Assembly: GCF_964213995.1 (NCBI RefSeq)
Contig: NC_135822.1
Span: 71,486,001 to 71,550,000, forward strand
DNA length: 64,000 nt
Direction of reading: 5' to 3'
Origin: Mustelus asterias
Lineage: Eukaryota
The translations under genes and the position numbers were made by a program. Of the stretch, positions 37,967-51,254 are shown piece after piece. Under the pieces are notes generated by a model. That model worked only from the letters and a program-made list of their open reading frames with translations, had not been told where the DNA came from and ran no database searches. Within the stretch, counting starts at the first letter, position 1. Each line of letters opens with the position of its first letter.

Positions 37967-38728
37967 GAATTCGCACCATGCTGTAGATACATCCCCAAAA
38001 GAGAGTACGGAGACTCTCATTCAAAACATGCTCCCTTTGACAGTGTAGCACTCTTCTCGTTCTGCCTCCAGTGTTAGCCTAGATATTTTGCTCTGGTCTC
38101 GTGAGTGGGACTTCAATCTGAAACCTTTTGCTTCCCGTTTGCATGAGTTCCAGTTAACACCCAAGTACAGTGCTTCCCAAACTTTATCTGATGTGACCCC
38201 ATTTTAATACCTCAAACTTGGTGTGACGACAGAGGGAATTCTTTTGCTGATGGAAGCACAAGAGTTGAGCACTGGGGTAGGGAGAGATTTCAGTTGTTGG
38301 ATTTGGTTCTTCAGTTGTTGAGGGGGAGGGCTTTAGTTCTTGGCTGGGGAGGGTTGAGAAGCGGGAGTTGAGCTTGGGAATTAATGAAAATGCCTGTTCA
38401 CGGGCTTTCTTTTGCAGCATCTGCTGAACTCAGAGGGCAGTCAATTATGCAACACCCACCAATAAAGAAAAATGCAAGGATTCAAAGGGGTTTGCTCCAG
38501 AGCTGCCTTTGCTGCCTTAGAGCTTGTCACCTCAAAATCTCATCTCTTTGTGATGTTCTGCTTGCCAAGCAAGAAGCCTGATCATACAGTTGGAGTTGCG
38601 ATTCACTTGCTTGATTGCAGAGAAGAACAGTATCAGAAGGGTGGAGAGCAGGAAACAAAATATGGATGAGAAGGAAGAATGCAACCTGACAAAAGAAGAT
38701 AAAGTATGTGGGGATGATGAAAAACTTT

Positions 38729-39961
38729 GGGCCCTATTTTGCCATTTTAATTCTAAGTGCTGGGTGCACTTGAAACTGGGAGTGTTTCAGATCCGACTTT
38801 TAGACCCGTTCTCAGATGCCCCCATACGCACTCTGCCTGAAAAACTAGCAGTGATTCTGAATTGTGCTGCAGAAGCCTGTGGGAGGGGCTTATCGCATCC
38901 GAAACCCTGCAGCTCCGATCGGCGCCTCCAACTGCACATGTGCAGTAAAACAAAATTGAAAAACGCTCCCCTGCCACATGGCTCTTGGACCGGATGCCTC
39001 CCCCCCCCGGCTCCCACAGATATTGCCCCACTCCCACAACATAACTGACCCCCTTATCCCCCCACGCCCCCGCATACCCAGACTGATCGTGGCCCCTCAT
39101 GCCCCCCCCCCCCCCCCCACCGATCGCACGTAGATTGGCAGCGGAGCCCACCAATCGCATGCAGAGTGGCAGCGGACACCCCTTTCCCCCTCACTGAACA
39201 CACGCAGAGTGGCAGTGGACCCCCTTACCTCCCACCCCTCCTCCCCCCCACCCCCTCTCCCCTCCCACCAGAGTGCAATTTGACCTGCCTTCCTCCACCC
39301 CCACCAGAGAGCCATCTGATCTGCCTCCCTCCCATCCACCAGAGAATGATCTGACCCGCTCTCTCCCCCCCACCAGGAAGCGATTTGACCTGCCTCCCTC
39401 CCCTCCACCAATGAGCCATCTGACCCGCCTCCCTTCCTCCTGAGAGCCATCTGACCCACCTCCCTCCCCCCCGCACCAGAGAGCGATCTGACCCGCCTCC
39501 CTCCCCCCATCAGGGAACCATCTGACCCACCTTCCCCCCCCCGCCCCCGCCACCAGAGAGCCATCTGACCCGCCTGCATCCCCACACCCCCCACCACCGA
39601 TCTGAGTCATAGAGCTGCCGGAAGCTCGGAACTTACCTCCTCAGATGATGGAGCGTTCGAATCGGACCTTTGCGGACCATGTCTGTTTCATGCTGAATCT
39701 GGACGGGCGAACGCGATGGTAAAGGGGGAAGTGCCGCTAAGTTTGGGCGTGCAGCCCATTAAGTCAATTTAAATGCATGCAAATGTATTTAAATTGATGT
39801 CGCGCTCGTTTTGGCACGGTGCCGACAGTGGCCATTTTAGGCCATTGGTAAAGGGGGAATGGGCACGGAGGCAGACATGGATTGTGCTACTCGCCTCATG
39901 CCCGACTTTACCAAGTTTTCACGCCTGCAAACGGGCGCAACTTGATGATAAAATTGGGCCC
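38729..39961. mobile_element. Non-autonomous TIR element (Harbinger-like) with internal minisatellite
   Basis: Imperfect 17-bp TIRs GGGCCCTATTTTGCCAT ... ATGATAAAATTGGGCCC. Confidence 0.7.
39265..39585. repeat. Minisatellite, about 9 copies of a ~35-nt unit CCACCAGAGAGCCATCTGACCCGCCTCCCTCCCC
   Basis: Units counted directly. Confidence 0.85.
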
Positions 39962-39996
39962 CTTGTGTTGTCATTGAAGAGCTTGAATCTTGCATC

Positions 39997-40281
39997 ATTT
40001 ATTTATTTTATTTGTTAGTGTCACAAGTAGGCTTACATTAACACTGCAATGAAGTTACTGTGAAAATCCCCTGATCGCCACACTCCAGCGCCTGTTTGGG
40101 TACACTGAGGGAGAATTTAGCATGACCAATGCACCTAACCAGCCTGTTTTTCGGGTTATGGGAGGAAACCCATGCAGACACGGGGAGAACCTGCAGACTC
40201 TGCACAGACAGTGATTCAAACCGGGAATCGAACCTGGGTCCCTGGTGGTCTGAGGCAGCAGTGCTAACCACTGTGCCGCCC
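39997..40281 (-). mobile_element. V-SINE, tail type B
   Basis: tRNA-like head, V-domain and type-B tail. Confidence 0.88.
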
Positions 40282-40359
40282 ATTGTTTACCATGTCTTGT
40301 CAGTAGCTGTCCAAGTATATGTGGCCTTGAACTTCTTTTCTGACTTCTTCAAATGAACA

Positions 40360-40940
40360 GCTGGAGATTTTGGTGGCAACACCCAAATGGCTGAACATCA
40401 CTTCATCGATTGCACCCATGTGGTCATTAAGGCACCCAGTGATAAGCAGGAAAATTTATCAATGGGAAGGACCTCTGCCCTCTCCGTTCAGTTGGTCTGC
40501 AATCGGAACAAGAGCTCCCTGCATATGTATGCTTGCTTTCTTGGTAGCTGTTATAAGTTCTTCATCCTTTTCCAGCCCAAGCTGCCATAGATTATCACTT
40601 CACCCCCACAGTCCATGGATAAATTCTTGGGGACATGGGATGTTCCTCAAAACGATGGTGACTCACCCCTGTATGAGAGCCTCGACCAGTAACAAAGAGG
40701 TGATACAGTCAAAACCATCTGCCCACCAAATCCACCATTGAATAGGCCATCGTAAGATATGACTCCGGTGCCCTTCAATATCCTTCAAATAGATGCATAT
40801 AAAGGGTTTTGGTCATTGTGGTGGTCTGCTGCACCTTCCATAATATGGCCCTCAAGAGAGGCCCTGGAACTTGATTGATAGCAAGCAGTAGAGCATCAGG
40901 TGGTGAAATGGGAGGAGAAAATGGAGACTGAAGAACAATG
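40360..40940 (+). mobile_element. Decayed PIF/Harbinger DDE transposase fragment
   Basis: IDCTHVVIKAP...SVQLVCNRNK...CFLGSC matches the Harbinger/HARBI1 catalytic core (IDCTHV...NVQLVCD...PGS.HD). Confidence 0.8.
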
Positions 40941-41009
40941 AGGTAGCTGGTTACGGTGTGGGGTCAAATATACCATGAATGTCATTTCTTTTGATTGTGA
41001 ATATTTCAA

Positions 41010-43000
41010 TCCTGCGCGGACCAGCTGGCGGGGGTATTCACAGACATCTTCAACGTCTCTTTACACCAATCTGGGGTCCCACATTGCTTCAAGAAGACGA
41101 CCATCATCCTGTACCAAAGAAAAGCCAAACAGCATGCCTTAATGACTATTGTCCGATGGTTCTGACATCCATCGTTATCAAGTGCTTCAAAAGGTTAGTT
41201 ATGGCACAAATCAATTCCAGCCTCCTGGACTACCTGGATTCACTACAGTTCACCTGTCGCCACAACAGGTCTCCCTGGCCCGACACTCAACCCTGGAACA
41301 CCTGGATAACAAAGACACACCCTATGTCAGACACCTATTTATTGACTACAGCTCAGGCTACAACACTTATACCTGCAAAACACACCTCCAAACTCCATGG
41401 CCTGGGGCTCGGCTCCTCCATCTGCGACTGGATCCTGAAATCCTGAACTTCCTAACTTACAGACCGCGATCAGTAAGGATAGGCAACAACAGCTCCTCCA
41501 TGATTACCCTCAACTCCAGTGCCCCACAAGGCTGAGTTCTCAGCCCCCTACTATACTCCTTATACACCTATGACTGGCCAAATTCCCCTCCAAATTGATT
41601 TTCAAGTTTGCTGATGACACCACCGTATTGAGTTGGATCTCAAACAATGATGAGATGGAGTACAGGAAAGAGGTAGAGAATCTGGTGAACTGATGCGACA
41701 ACAACAACCTCTCCCTCAATGTCAGCAAAATGAAGGAGACAGTCATTTGCCTTTATAGGACGGGGCATAGAGTATAAAAGTTGGGGTCTGATGTTGCGGT
41801 TGTATAGAACGTTGGTTCGGCCGCATTTGGAATACTGCGCCCAGTTCTGGTTGCCACACTACCGGAAGGACGTGGAAGCTTTAGAGAGAGTACAGAGGAG
41901 GTTTACCAGGATGTTACCTGGTATGGAAGGGCTTAGTTATGAGGAGAGATTGGGTAAACTGGGGTTGTTCTCCCTGGAAAGACGGAGGATGAGGGGTGAC
42001 CTAATAGAGGTGTACAAAATTATGAAAGGCATAGATAGGGTGAACGCTGGGAAGCTTTTTCCCAGGTCGGTGGTGACGTTCACGAGGGGTCATAGGTTCA
42101 AGGTGAGGGGGGGGGTGAGATTTAACACGGATGTCAGAAGGATGTATTTTACGCAGAGGGTGGTGGGGGCCTGGAATGCGCTGCCAGGCAAGGTGGTGGA
42201 AGCGGACACGTTTAAGACTTATCTAGATAGCCACATGAATGGAGTGGGAATGGAGGGATAGTTTGGACCAGGGAGCGGCGCGGGCTTGGAGGGCCAAAGG
42301 ACCTGTTCCTGTGCTGTATTGTTCTTTGTTCATCGACTACAGGAAGTAGTGGAGGACATGCCCTTGTCTACATCAATGGGGATGAAGTCGAAATGATCGA
42401 AAGCTTCAAGTTTCTAGGTGTCCAGATCACCAACAACTTGTCCTGGTCCCTCCATGCCGACACTATAGTTAAGAAAGCCCATTAACGCCTCTACTTAGGA
42501 GCTAAGGAAGTTTGGCATGTTCGCTGCGACTCTCACCAACCTTTACAGATGCCCCATAGAAAGCATTCTTTCCGGTTGTATCACAGCTTGATATGGCTCC
42601 TGCTCTGCCCAAGACCATAGGAAACTACAAAGGGTCCATCACGCAAACTAGCCTTGTTCTGTCTACACTTCCCGCTGCCCCGGTAAAGGAACCAACATAA
42701 TTAAGGACCCCACGAACCCCGGACATTCTCTCTTCCATCTTCTTCCGTTGGGAAAAAGATACAAAAGTCTGAGGTCACGTACCAACTGACTCAAGAACAG
42801 CTTCTTCCCTGCTGCTGCCAGACTTTTGAATGGATCTACCTCATATTAAGTTGATCTTTCTCTACACCCTAGCTATGACTGTAAAGCTACATCTGCACTC
42901 TCTCCTTTCCTTCTCTATGTGCGGTATGCTTTGTACAGCGCGCAAGAAACAATATTTTTCACTGTATGCTAATACATATGACAATAATAAATCAAATCAA
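41010..43000 (+). mobile_element. Rex1/Babar-like LINE (RT to tail) interrupted by a CR1 at ~41747-42330
   Basis: PVPKK...LNDYCP..LTS..KCFKRLV; LFIDYSS; GAPQG-like; KFADD; Rex1 tail. Confidence 0.9.
41747..42330 (+). mobile_element. Nested CR1 3' fragment
   Basis: ORF 41791-42261 is a CR1 C-terminus; TCAT repeated at the junctions. Confidence 0.9.
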
Positions 43001-43199
43001 ATTAATCTAACCCCTCAGACCCTGGATAAAGGACATGGGATCGAATGATAAGATCATGAGAAATACAAGCAGGGTAGGCCTGTTCTCATCGAGCTTGTTT
43101 TGCTGATCTAATTGTCATTTCAATTCAACACAAGCTCAAGGATCAGCACTTCATCCTTTGACTGTATATCTTCTGGACTCAACATTAAGGACATCTGGA

Positions 43200-43361
43200 C
43201 TCGTATTAAGTTGATCTTTCTCGACACCCTCGCTATGACTGCAACACTACATTCTCGTTTCCTTCTCTATGAACAGTATGCTTTGTCTGTATAGTGCGCA
43301 AGAAACAATATTTTTCATTGTATGTTAATACATGTGACAATAATACATCAAATCAAATCAA
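43200..43361 (+). mobile_element. Rex1/Babar-like 3' UTR fragment
   Basis: Same UTR and tail as 37800-37966. Confidence 0.8.
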
Positions 43362-44266
43362 AAAAGACATTGAGTTGAACAGTGTCAGATCAATACATCT
43401 GACCCCATTTTATTGCAAGCTTTTGGCTGGCTTGTTTTTTTCTCTTGCTCCTTCCTTAATCCCTTTATTTTTCATTTGGGTGGTTGCGATCCATGGATCA
43501 TCTCTTCTTATCTTTTGTTTCTACACTTCTTCCTTTGGCTTTTGTACCATGCAACCTGTTGCCATTTAACTTCTCCTGCCCCCTCCCCCCCCCACCCCCT
43601 CACAGACCTTTGATTTTGTTCTCCTTCTCCCTTCCCCTATCAACTGCTCCAAACATTTCAAAATTTCCTATTTTGTTGAAGGGTCACGGACTTGAAAAGT
43701 TGCTGAGTGTTTCTGGCTGAACATATTGTGCTGTACATTCACTCTAATTATGGACATCCTTTGTAGTCAGTACAGTAGATACAAAGATCATATTTTGTGT
43801 GACAATATTTTTAAAGTATAATTCAATAATAGATTTCATTAACTTCGAAGGAAATTGGGAAAAGATTGGAAACATATAAGTGAGAGACCAGAAAATGATG
43901 TTTTATAAATGCCTTAGTTTTGAAATTAAAAAAAAACATACATTGGTAATCATCTTTTAGGGAGTAGTTTTCATTGTTGTCTGGAGGTGGAAATATTTAC
44001 TGTTGACCTAACTGCCTGTCACTGGCTTCAAAGCCTGTGATGCTTTGGCAAAGTCTCCAGTTGTCATCGCCCCCGTTAGGAGGAGAAGTGCAGCCCCCAC
44101 ACACCTCATACTGGCGATGATTTCTGCTTCTGCCTCGGCATTAAGTAGAGATGAGGCTTGTCATTTGAGGAGATCCCACATGCCAACTAACGCAAGATCT
44201 CCCAGACAATTTAGCGGCAAACACGGATCTCCTTGAAACAGAGTTCTTTTATAAAGGAGATCCCTT

Positions 44267-45128
44267 GTTTGATTTGATTTGATTTATTATTGTCACATGT
44301 ATTAACATGCAGTGAAAAGTATTGTTTCTTGCGTGCTATACAGACAAAGCATACCGTTCACAGAGAAGGAAACGAGAGAATGCAGAATGTACTGTTACAG
44401 TCATAGCTAGGGTGTCGAGAAAGATCAACTTAATGTGAGGTAAGTCCATTCAAAAGTCTGACAGCAGCAGGGAAGAAGCTGTTCTTGAGTCGGTTGGTAC
44501 GTGACCTCAGACTTTTGTATCTTTTTCCCGAAGGAAGAAGGTGGAAGAGAGAATGTCCGGGGTATGTGGGATCCTTAATTATGCTGGCTGCTTTGCCGAG
44601 ACATCGGGAAGTGTAGACAGAGTCAATGGATGGGAGGCTGGTTTGCGTGATGGACTGGGCGACATTCACGACCTTTTGTAGTTCCTTGCGGTCTTTGGCA
44701 GAACAGGAGCCATACCAAGCTGTGATACAACCAGAAAGAATGCTTTCTATGGTGCATCTGTAAACGTTGGTGAGAGTCGTAGCGGAAATGCCAAATTTCC
44801 TTAGTTTTCTGAGAAAGTAGAGGTGTTGGTGAGCTTTCTTAACGATGGTGTCGGCATGAGGGGACCAGGACAGGTTGTTGGTGATCTGGACACCTAAAGA
44901 CATGAAGCTCTTGACCCTTTCTACTTCCTCCCCGTTGATGTAGACAGGGACATGTTCTCCTTTACGCTTCCTGAAGTCAATGACAATCTCCTTCATTTTG
45001 TTGACATTGAGGGAGAGATTGTTGTTGCTGCACCAGTTCATCAGATTTTCTATCTCATTCCTGACTCTGTCTCGTCATTGTTTTGAGATCCGACCCACTA
45101 TGGTGGTGTCGTCAGCAAACTTGAAAAT
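44267..45128 (-). mobile_element. Rex1/Babar-like LINE 3' part (203-aa ORF at 44430-45041)
   Basis: WC..NNLSLNVNK.KEIVIDFRK; LYFLRKLRKF; CITAWYG; (TTTGA)n tail. Confidence 0.92.
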
Positions 45129-45461
45129 CGAAAATTGAAAATTGTGAGATGTGGATGGAGTACAAAATGTTTTATTCTAACTGCTGCATTTAAACAGACC
45201 ACAATGCGTTCATCTTAAATTTTATCGTACTATTCCGACATAGACCAAAGCTTGATATTGCAAATTTATAAACCTGATCTCCTTGATGGTGTTTCCAGGA
45301 AAGGTGTTTCAAATTAGAAGTAGTGTGCATGTGTACACTCAGCCCTTGCGTCTTTTTAATACTACTCGCCATGATTAACAAAAGGTGTTTGACTCTGTCA
45401 TGTTGATTTCATAATGTCCAAGACTGAAATCTCTGAAATCATGAAGGGGTCTGATCAGTTA

Positions 45462-47052
45462 GAAGTTTAACAACACCAGGTTAAAGTCCAACAGGTTTAT
45501 TTGGTAGCAAAAGCCACACAAGCTTTCGGAGCTCTTAGCCTCTTCTTCAGGTGAGTGGGAATTCTGTTCACAAACAGAGCTTATAAAGACACAGACTCAA
45601 ATTACATGAATAATGGTTGGAATGCGAATACTTACAACTAATCAAGTCTTTAAGAAACGAAACAATGTGAGTGGAGAGAGCATCAAGACAGGCTAAAAAG
45701 ATGTGTATTGTCTCCAGACAAGACAGCCAGTGAAACTCTGCAGGTCCATGCAACTGTGGGAGTTACAAATAGTGTGACATGAACCCAATATCCCGGTTGA
45801 GGCTGTCCTCGTGTGTGCGGAACTTGGCTATCAGTTTCTGCTCAGCGACTCTGCGCTGTCGTGTGTCGCGAAGGCCACCTTGGAGAACGCTTACCCGAAT
45901 ATCAGAGGCCGAATGCCCGTGACCGCTGAAGTGCTCCCCAACAGGAAGAGAACAGTCTTGCCTGGTGATTGTCGAGCGGTGTTCATTCATCCGTTGTCGC
46001 AGCGTCTGCATAGTTTCCCCAATGTACCATGCCTCGGGACATCCTTTCTTGCAGCGTATCAGGTAGACAACGTTGGCCGAATTGCAAGAGTATGTACCGT
46101 GTACCTGGTGGATGGTGTTCTCACGTGAGATGATGGCATCTGTGTCGATGATCCGGCACGTCTTGCAGAGGTTGCTGTGGCAGGGTTGTGTGGTGTCATG
46201 GTCACTGTTCTCCTGAAGGCTGGGTAGTTTGCTGCGGACAATGGTCTGTTTGAGGTTGTGCGGTTGTTTGAAGGCAAGAAGTGGGGGTGTGGGGATGGCC
46301 TTGGCGAGATGTTCGTCTTCATCAATGACATGTTGAAGGCTCCGGAGGAGATGCCGTAGCTTCTCCGCTCCGGGGAAGTACTGGACAACGAAGGGTACTC
46401 TGTCCACTGTGTCCCGTGTTTGTCTTCTGAGGAGGTCGGTGCGGTTTTTCGCTGTGGCGCGTTGGAACTGTTGATCAATGAGTCGAGCGCCATATCCTGC
46501 TCTTATGAGGGCATCTTTCAGCGTCTGGAGGTGTCTGTTGCGATCCTCCTCATCCGAGCAGATCCTGTGTATACGGAGGGCTTGTCCGTAGGGGATGGCT
46601 TCTTTAACGTGTTTAGGGTGGAAGCTGGAGAAGTGGAGCATCGTGAGGTTATCCGTGGGCTTGCGGTACAGTGAGGTGCTGAGGTGACCGTCCTTAATGG
46701 AGATGCGTGTGTCCAAGAATGCAACCGATTCCGGAGAGTAGTCTATGGTGAGCCTGATGGTGGGATGAAACTTGTTGATGTCATCATAGAGTTGTTTCAG
46801 TGATTGTTCACCATGAGTCCAAAGGAAGAAAATGTCATCGATGTATCTAGTGTATAGCATCGGTTGAAGGTCCCGTGCGGTGAAGAAGTCTTGTTCGAAC
46901 CTGTGCATGAAGATGTTGGCATATTGAGGTGCGAATATGGTCCCCATGGCTGTTCCGTGTGTCTGGATGAAGAACTGGTTGTTGAAGGTGAAGATATTGT
47001 GGTCCAGGATGAAGCGGATGAGATGCAAACTCTGTAAAATCAGAGATGTAAC
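45462..47052 (-). mobile_element. Young 5'-truncated Penelope-like element (Neptune-type): RT C-terminus plus GIY-YIG endonuclease, 421-aa open ORF at 45763-47028
   Basis: GTAMG, YTRYIDDIF, Cys linker CHSNLCKTC, VVYLIRC...WYIGET; 12-bp TSD TCTGATCAGTTA (45450-45461, 47053-47064); inserted in an old CR1 3' end. Confidence 0.95.
45514..45558 (-). ncRNA. Minimal type I hammerhead ribozyme motif in the Penelope pseudo-LTR
   Basis: Minus strand CCACTCAC-CTGAAGA-AGAGGCTAAGAGCTCC-GAAA-GCTT-GTGTGG: CUGANGA and GAAA cores, palindromic AAGCTT stem III. Confidence 0.7.
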
Positions 47053-47849
47053 TCTGATCAGTTAAGCAGAGAACAAATGCTTTCACTTGTGGAAGCGATT
47101 AAAACTGGGAGTGGAAAATGTCAAGTGGTCATTATTAAATCCAATAAGGAAATCAGGAGAAACCTCTTTACCCAGGGATTGGCTAGAATGTGGAAATTTT
47201 AGAACCAAAAGGCATCACTAAGGTGAACAATACAGATGCAAGTACGGAGGGAGAAATGAGTAGAAGGTGAGCTGTAGAGTGGGAGGAGACTCAAGTGGAT
47301 GATTAACACATGCACAGTTGCACTGAATGACCTGTTTCTCTGTTGTAGGTTCGTTGCAATTCTGTATAATTCCAAGTGTAATAAATACCATAACAGCAAT
47401 GAAGCATAATGGCCGGAATTCTCCTGCCATTCATCCCGCCGGCACCGCACCCCTGCGTCGTTTCCCAGCAGCATGAGGTGGCTGCAGTGAAAATTCCCAT
47501 TGACAGCGGCAAGATCATGAACAACGCCCTTCCGCCGCCACTGAGAAAAATACGAAGAGGAAGGCAGATAATCTTGCTCAACACATTTGCATAGTGAACG
47601 TTACCCTCTTCAAATGTATGTATGCATTAACAGAATTTCAGGTCCAAATATAAACAAAGTAATTGGTTATTAACACAACCGTGGGGACTATCTGATTGAA
47701 CCCTCATATGTTTATAGGCAAATCATAAAGCAAATTACTAAAAGTTCAGATTCAATTCCCAGTCTGTGCTAAACAAGTTGATCTCAGCCTGGGAAATAGT
47801 TGGAGTACTACGGTGGTTGTGTGTGCCCTGGGTTCATGAGAAGGAAATA

Positions 47850-48560
47850 GAGTCATCTGGTGCAGAAAAGGCCCTTTGGCCCATCAAGTCTGCACCAGCC
47901 ATAACTACCACTCAAGATGCACTAATCCCATTTCTAGCACTTGTCCTTTATCCTCGAATGTTGTGATATTTCAAGTGCTCATCCAAACCTTTTTAATGAT
48001 TGTAAGGTTTCCAACTTCCACTACCTTCCCAGGCAAAGCATTTTGAGATTCTCACCACCCTCTGTGTGAACCAAGGGGAACAGCTGCTCCCTACTCACCC
48101 TGTCCATACCCCTCATAATATTATACACCTCAATCATGTCCCGCTCAGTCTTCTCTGCTCTCAGGAAAACAATCCAAACCTATCCACTCTTTCCCTCCAG
48201 CTCAAATGCTCCATCACAGGCAACATCCTGGTGAACCTTCTCTGTACTCCATCAAATGCAATCACATCCTTCCGATAGTGAGGTGACCAGAACTGCACAA
48301 ACTACTCCAGCTGTGGCCTCACCAATGTTCTGTGCAACTCCAGCATTATCTCCTTGCTCTTATACTCTATGTTATGACTGATAAAGGCAAGTGTCCCATA
48401 TGCCTTCTCAAGTATCCTATTCACCTGCTCTGCTGACTTTAGGGATCTATCAATAAGTACCCCAGGATCCATCTGTTCTTCTGAGCTTCCCAGTGTCCTG
48501 CCATTCATTAAATACTCCCTTGTCTTATTTCTTCCAAAGCACAGTACTTCAGATTTTTCA
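47850..48560 (-). mobile_element. Old CR1 3' fragment
   Basis: ORF 48302-48601 AYGTLAFI...LVRPQLE. Confidence 0.8.
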
Positions 48561-48778
48561 GGGAATGTCTGAAGTGGACTGGAGTTCTTGCTCCTGATCA
48601 CTGTCTGGAGCTTTTGTGTATGTCAACACTGGATTGAGAACAGAATCAGTGAGGAGCTGCAAACTTCAATTGTCTTGTAACACTCATTATCAAGGGTTGG
48701 ATGTGAATAATGGTCACCCGGATGAGATACTGAAGGGTGTCCGTTCATGTTGGAACCAGATTGCAGGAGAAAGATGAT

Positions 48779-49826
48779 GGGGGCGATTCTCCCACCCTAC
48801 CACGCTAATTTTCTAGCGCAGCGGGATGGGAGAATCTCGTGGCCAGGCATGTGTGGGATTTGTGCATGCGTTTCCACCATGGGTGCATCTCCCAGTGCCG
48901 GATTTGTGGCACTGCCAGATCTGCGCAGGAAGCCAGCGGGAAGACCAGATAAATGATTTTAATATCATTGAAATCTGTTTTTAATGTAATTAGTGGGCCC
49001 GGGACTGAATTCTCCGGGCCCGCTAGCCTCTCCCATCCCAACAGAGTATTTCACTCTTGCGGGGTTTACAGTAGGTCCCCACTTTCGGGGAACTATCCAG
49101 ATGACCCCACTGAAATGAAGGGTGGGCAATCTGGGCCTCCCCAGGGGGTCGGGCCCCGATTGGGGTGATGCCCCCTGGGCATGGGTACACTGGCAGTGTC
49201 CCCTGGCAGTGACCAATGGGCAAGGCACCTATGCCTAGGGGGCACCTTGGCACTGCCCATCAGGCATGGGGCAGTGTCAAGGGGGTGGGGCCTATGGGGA
49301 CAGGGCGTGGTGGGGGGACAAGGCTTAGGGGGCAATCAGTGGGAGGGGGGGTCCCACTGCCACTCTGCATAGTGATCGATGGGGGCAGGAGGGAGGCCAG
49401 CGATTGGGGTGGGCTGGTGAGGTCAACCAGAGGGGCAGTCTGCTGGGGGGGGAGGGCTGTCTCCTGGGGAGTCTGCACTGCGAGGGGGTGGGGGGGGGGG
49501 TGGTGTGGCTGGAGATCAGGCCCCTCCGGGACAGTGCAGGGCTGTGGGGGGTTAGGGGTGGCAGCACTGCAGGGGTCCCGTGCTGGCCCGCAATTGGCAG
49601 GCTGACAGTATGCAGCCTCTGTGCATGCACAGAGACCCGCTGGTTTCAGCCTGCCTTGCGGGAATAGGTCCCGCCCCCTGAAATTTGATGAGATTCATAC
49701 TGGTGGCCTCTACATTGCACAGAATGCGGGAGATTCGAGTCTCAACTCCCAATGCAAAAACCAGCGTGAATTACTCCAGTTTTCCCGTGAATTCGACGCT
49801 TAGAATCTTTTTGGGAGAATCCCGCC
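48779..49826. mobile_element. GC-rich non-autonomous TIR element (Harbinger-like)
   Basis: TIRs GGGGCGATTCTCCCA ... TGGGAGAATCCCGCC (13/15 match). Confidence 0.7.
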
Positions 49827-50113
49827 TGTTATTTTTTTAGAGAAGAAGGGAGGCGACAAACTAAGGAAAAAGAATGAAGAACAGTGGCACCATTAAGGCC
49901 CAGTCAGTTTTACGACACTTTTAGAAATGCTTCAAAAATATGTTTGAGTTTATCTTGGGGTATTTTAGGAATCAGATGAGCAATTCATCTGGTATCATTG
50001 GTTTTGGCTGTTAATTTAGGATGGAAAATTTCAACAGGTTTGCAGTTGTGGCAGTGGGAATGGAGAATGCAATATTATGCAGTGGAAATAAAATGTTGAG
50101 AGGCTAATGGGAT

Positions 50114-50312
50114 CTCTGAAATAAACATGGAAAATTTTGGCTTTTGAAAAACTGGCTTAATAAAAATGGGATCTGCATTGTCCATTTGTGTATTGTAATT
50201 ATTGAGAAAAGAAGATTGCTTGTTTATTAATGACAATAAATAGTCTTCCCCTTCAGGTCAGATATTTCACTCTGAAGCATTTATAGTCTTGGTTCTCAGT
50301 AACAAGGGTAAT
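50114..50312 (+). repeat. Copy 1 of a ~200-bp direct repeat (copy 2 at 57808-57999)
   Basis: Shared blocks such as TTGCTTGTTTATTAATGACAATAAATAGTCTTCCCCTTCA. Confidence 0.92.
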
Positions 50313-51254
50313 GAAATGCATTTGTTCTCGGAAAGCAAATTATTTTCCAGTTGTGGTAATTGCACCCATTTCTGGGGAATACATATCTCTTCTCAACTGT
50401 GTATATTTATAATTTGATCAGAATGTACAGACAATGAGAATTGTGTTTCCAATAAGAATGTGGAACTTGTTACCACTTGGAGAAGTTGAGGCGAATGACA
50501 AAGATGCAATTAAGGGGTACTCAGTTATGAGTGAGAAAGGAAAGAAGGCTAAACAGAGAGGATCAGATAAGGTAGGGTGGGAGCAGGCTTGTGTGGAGTA
50601 GATAGACCGAGTGGACCAAATGGCCTGATTCTGTGCAATGATGTCTGTGTCAGACAGCTTGAACAAATTATGAAATTCTTCCAATGAAGACTTTTATCCT
50701 TTATTTGTTTCTTTATTCTGCTGGTTTTAAAATTTTGATTGCAATGAAATTTTGGCCTACTTCAGCTAACCAGACATGGTATCTCAAGTGGAATTCAAGA
50801 ATAGGAAGGGAAAAAGAATGACTCCTTTGTCAATTGCAATCACCAGCTCCTGGATCAACTTGATTGTGAAAACCTGACTGTAAAGAAAACCCTGCTGGCC
50901 TGACTGTACAGGTCACAAAGTCACAGCTTGCATGAAACCTTTTGCCCTTTTGGTGTTAAAATATTTTTGCACAGAAATTGAGGTTAAAACTCTAGCACTG
51001 GAACAGGTTTTCCTCAAGGCAGCCAATTTAAACATCTAAAAAAAGCAACAACACTTGGCACCTAAATAAGAAACAATGCCTGCCTGGAGAGGCATAAATA
51101 GCAATTCATTCTGCGATGACTCTCATCTCTTTCTTGGGCATCAAATAATACTCTGAAAAATTGAAGAAGGATTTGAGCCTCATGTTTAGATGTCAGACAG
51201 AGAAAATCTTTGTTTGAACTTGAGAACATCTGACTCATATTCCTCTGATCTCTG

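Noticed and set aside
39265-39585. Regular ~35-nt repeats reminiscent of a CRISPR array
   Set aside because: Tandem degenerate units with no unique spacers, no cas genes, vertebrate context
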